A stretch of DNA of 64,000 nucleotides, taken from NCBI GenBank assembly GCA_050613775.1, contig JBODTK010000013.1, positions 1,116,001 to 1,180,000 on the forward strand, written 5' to 3'. Below the pieces are notes generated by a model. It did no database searches and had not been told where the DNA came from. It saw only the letters and a list, made by a program, of their open reading frames with translations. This DNA is from Neocallimastix sp. 'constans'. Lineage: Eukaryota. Positions 62,092 to 64,000 of this stretch are shown piece after piece. Both the position numbers and the translations under genes were made by a program. Position 1 is the stretch's first letter; each line of letters opens with the position of its first letter.

Positions 62092-63100
62092 TTTGGAATT
62101 TTATTTGAAATTATTAATTGATGTATGAATGGATGGGTTTTCTTTTTGATTATAAATTTTATTATCACTTCCTAATTTATTTCTTAATTTGATGGATGGA
62201 TTAATGAAATTTTATTTTATTTCTAATTTTATTATCGCTTGTTATATTATTTCTTAATTGATGGATTGATGAATGAAATTTTAATTTAATTATTAATTTT
62301 ATTGTCACTTTTTTATTTAAGATGATGGATGGATGTGTTGAGTATAATTTTTCAATTCTCTATTTGAATTAAATATTGAACTAATTGAATTTAAAAATAA
62401 CTGTTATTGGATTGAAATATTGTTTATTGAAATTTTCCATTGAATTTTATTAATGACAACTTTATTTTATATTCATATAATAATTCTAAAAAAAAAAACC
62501 TTATAACTTCGGTGAAATAAGTTCATTATTCGCCAGTGCTCGATCTTGTCCGGAAACCCTGCCAACACTCGAATAGTTAACAAACTACGGAGATGTGTCG
62601 TGGGGAGTATAAATTTATATTACTCCGGGACGGAAAACCGCACTCACAAAATCGACTAAAAACCTTAATTAATAATAAATTGGAATCACCCTAATTCGTT
62701 ATTAATTAATTTCCTTACGGTTTACACACTGTATATGAATTATTATATTTTTTGGTTTTGTTATCTTCTTTGAGTTAAAATAATAAATTAATATTAAATT
62801 ACTATTAATTATTATAATTATTATTTTTTTTTTTCTAACTCTAATTTTATTAAAATTTTTATATTATTTACTTATATTTTATTTTATTTATTTTATTTTA
62901 TTTTATTTTATTTTATTTTTTTTCTAATTAAAATTTTATACTATTTCCTAATTAACTAATTAATTATTTATTTTTTATTTATTATTATTTTTATTCTATC
63001 AATTAAAATTTTTTTTTTTTTTTTTTTTTTCTATTTCTAAACTTTATTAATTAATAAAATTTTTCTAAAATTATTATTTTCATATTATTTTATTTCTTCA

Positions 63101-63119
63101 GGTCCTGCATAGCTCGCCA
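63101..63119 (-). promoter_or_regulatory. PBS of F, probably tRNA-Arg(ACG) type
   Basis: Minus strand TGGCGAGCTATGCAGG resembles the Arg PBS TGGCGAGCCAGCCAGG. Confidence 0.6.
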
Positions 63120-63961
63120 AATCTTTATGGTACAGAACTGAAGAATTTTTATCATAAAATAATATATTCTAATAATTAAAGAAAATTTTAAATTCTATTC
63201 TATTATTCTAATCTATTATTCTAATTTAAAAATCTAAATACTAAACAATTTAAACTAAAATAAATTATTCAAAATTAATATAACCTAATATAAATAATTT
63301 AACTAACAACTATAATTATTAAAACTATTAACCAAACACTAAAAACCTTTAAACACTTAATACAAAACTTAAATTATTTTTAATTCTAACTTTATTTAAA
63401 ATAAACTATTTTATTTTTATTATTTAATCTATTCTAACTTTATTATTTAAACTATACTAATTTATTATTTAAACTATTTAAATTTAATTATTTAAACTAA
63501 TTTTATTTTAATTTAACTATCTAAATTCATCATTTAAACTCGAAAATATCAAAAGAATAATATAATAATAAAGTTGTAAGAAAAAGAGAGAGAACTAAAG
63601 TATTGTACTACTTTGTTCTTTTTATACATTTAGAATAGTTATTTGATTGGATTAGAATAAAAATTTAATAATAAAAATTTAATAATAAAAATTTAATAAT
63701 AAAAATTTAATAATAAAAATTTAATAATAAAAATTTAATAATAAAATATAATAATAAAATATAATAAACTATTAAAATATTATTAAGTATTACAATATTA
63801 AATAAAGATAATAATTAATACATTTTCTAATTTATTATAACTAGATTTATAATTATTTTAATATTTTAATATTAATTATTTAATTCCACTAATATTAATA
63901 ATTTTTAATCTTTAATAATTATATATAATTTTAATTATTTTATTTGTTCCGTAACACCAGT

Positions 63962-64000
63962 TGATACGTTATTTTTATAAGTATCAATGTTTTTGTGGTT
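63962..64000 (-). mobile_element. Start of LTR G (C-like), next queue member, running off the window
   Basis: TGATACGTTATTTT..AGTATCAAT.TTTTTGTG matches the left end of the C LTR; preceded by CCAGT. Confidence 0.75.

Larger units (their letters stand above)
56325..63956 (-). mobile_element. Element F: full-length Ty3/gypsy, queue member
   Basis: LTRs 56325-57125 (801 bp) and 63128-63956 (829 bp; two extra 14-mers, one substitution seen), TSD CCAG, PBS at ~63101-63119 and PPT at ~57130. Confidence 0.95.

Overview
This is extremely AT-rich eukaryotic DNA, most consistent with an anaerobic gut fungus (Neocallimastigomycota; inferred from base composition, GT-AG introns and a fungal CBM1 protein). 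The first ~21 kb holds host genes: a duplicated secreted Cys-rich repeat gene (one intact copy, one pseudogene), a 4-exon single-pass membrane protein, a non-catalytic CBM1 protein, a MITE and an unexplained GC-rich structured island. From ~22.1 kb to the end the window is wall-to-wall Ty3/gypsy LTR retrotransposons of two kinds. (1) Eight elements or solo LTRs (J, E', I, C, H, E, F, G) are stacked end to end at one target site, separated by 1-6 bp of duplicated target (CAGTTA, G, CCAG, CCAG, CCAG, CCAG, CCAGT). The two full-length members are tRNA-primed, -1 frameshifting and have 4-bp TSDs. The junctions reconstruct as a polarised queue growing rightwards towards an anchor just outside the window. 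(2) Tf1-like chromoviruses with 5-bp TSDs and a self-priming signature have nested into the first group at scattered sites. All coordinates were read by eye and may be off by a base or two.
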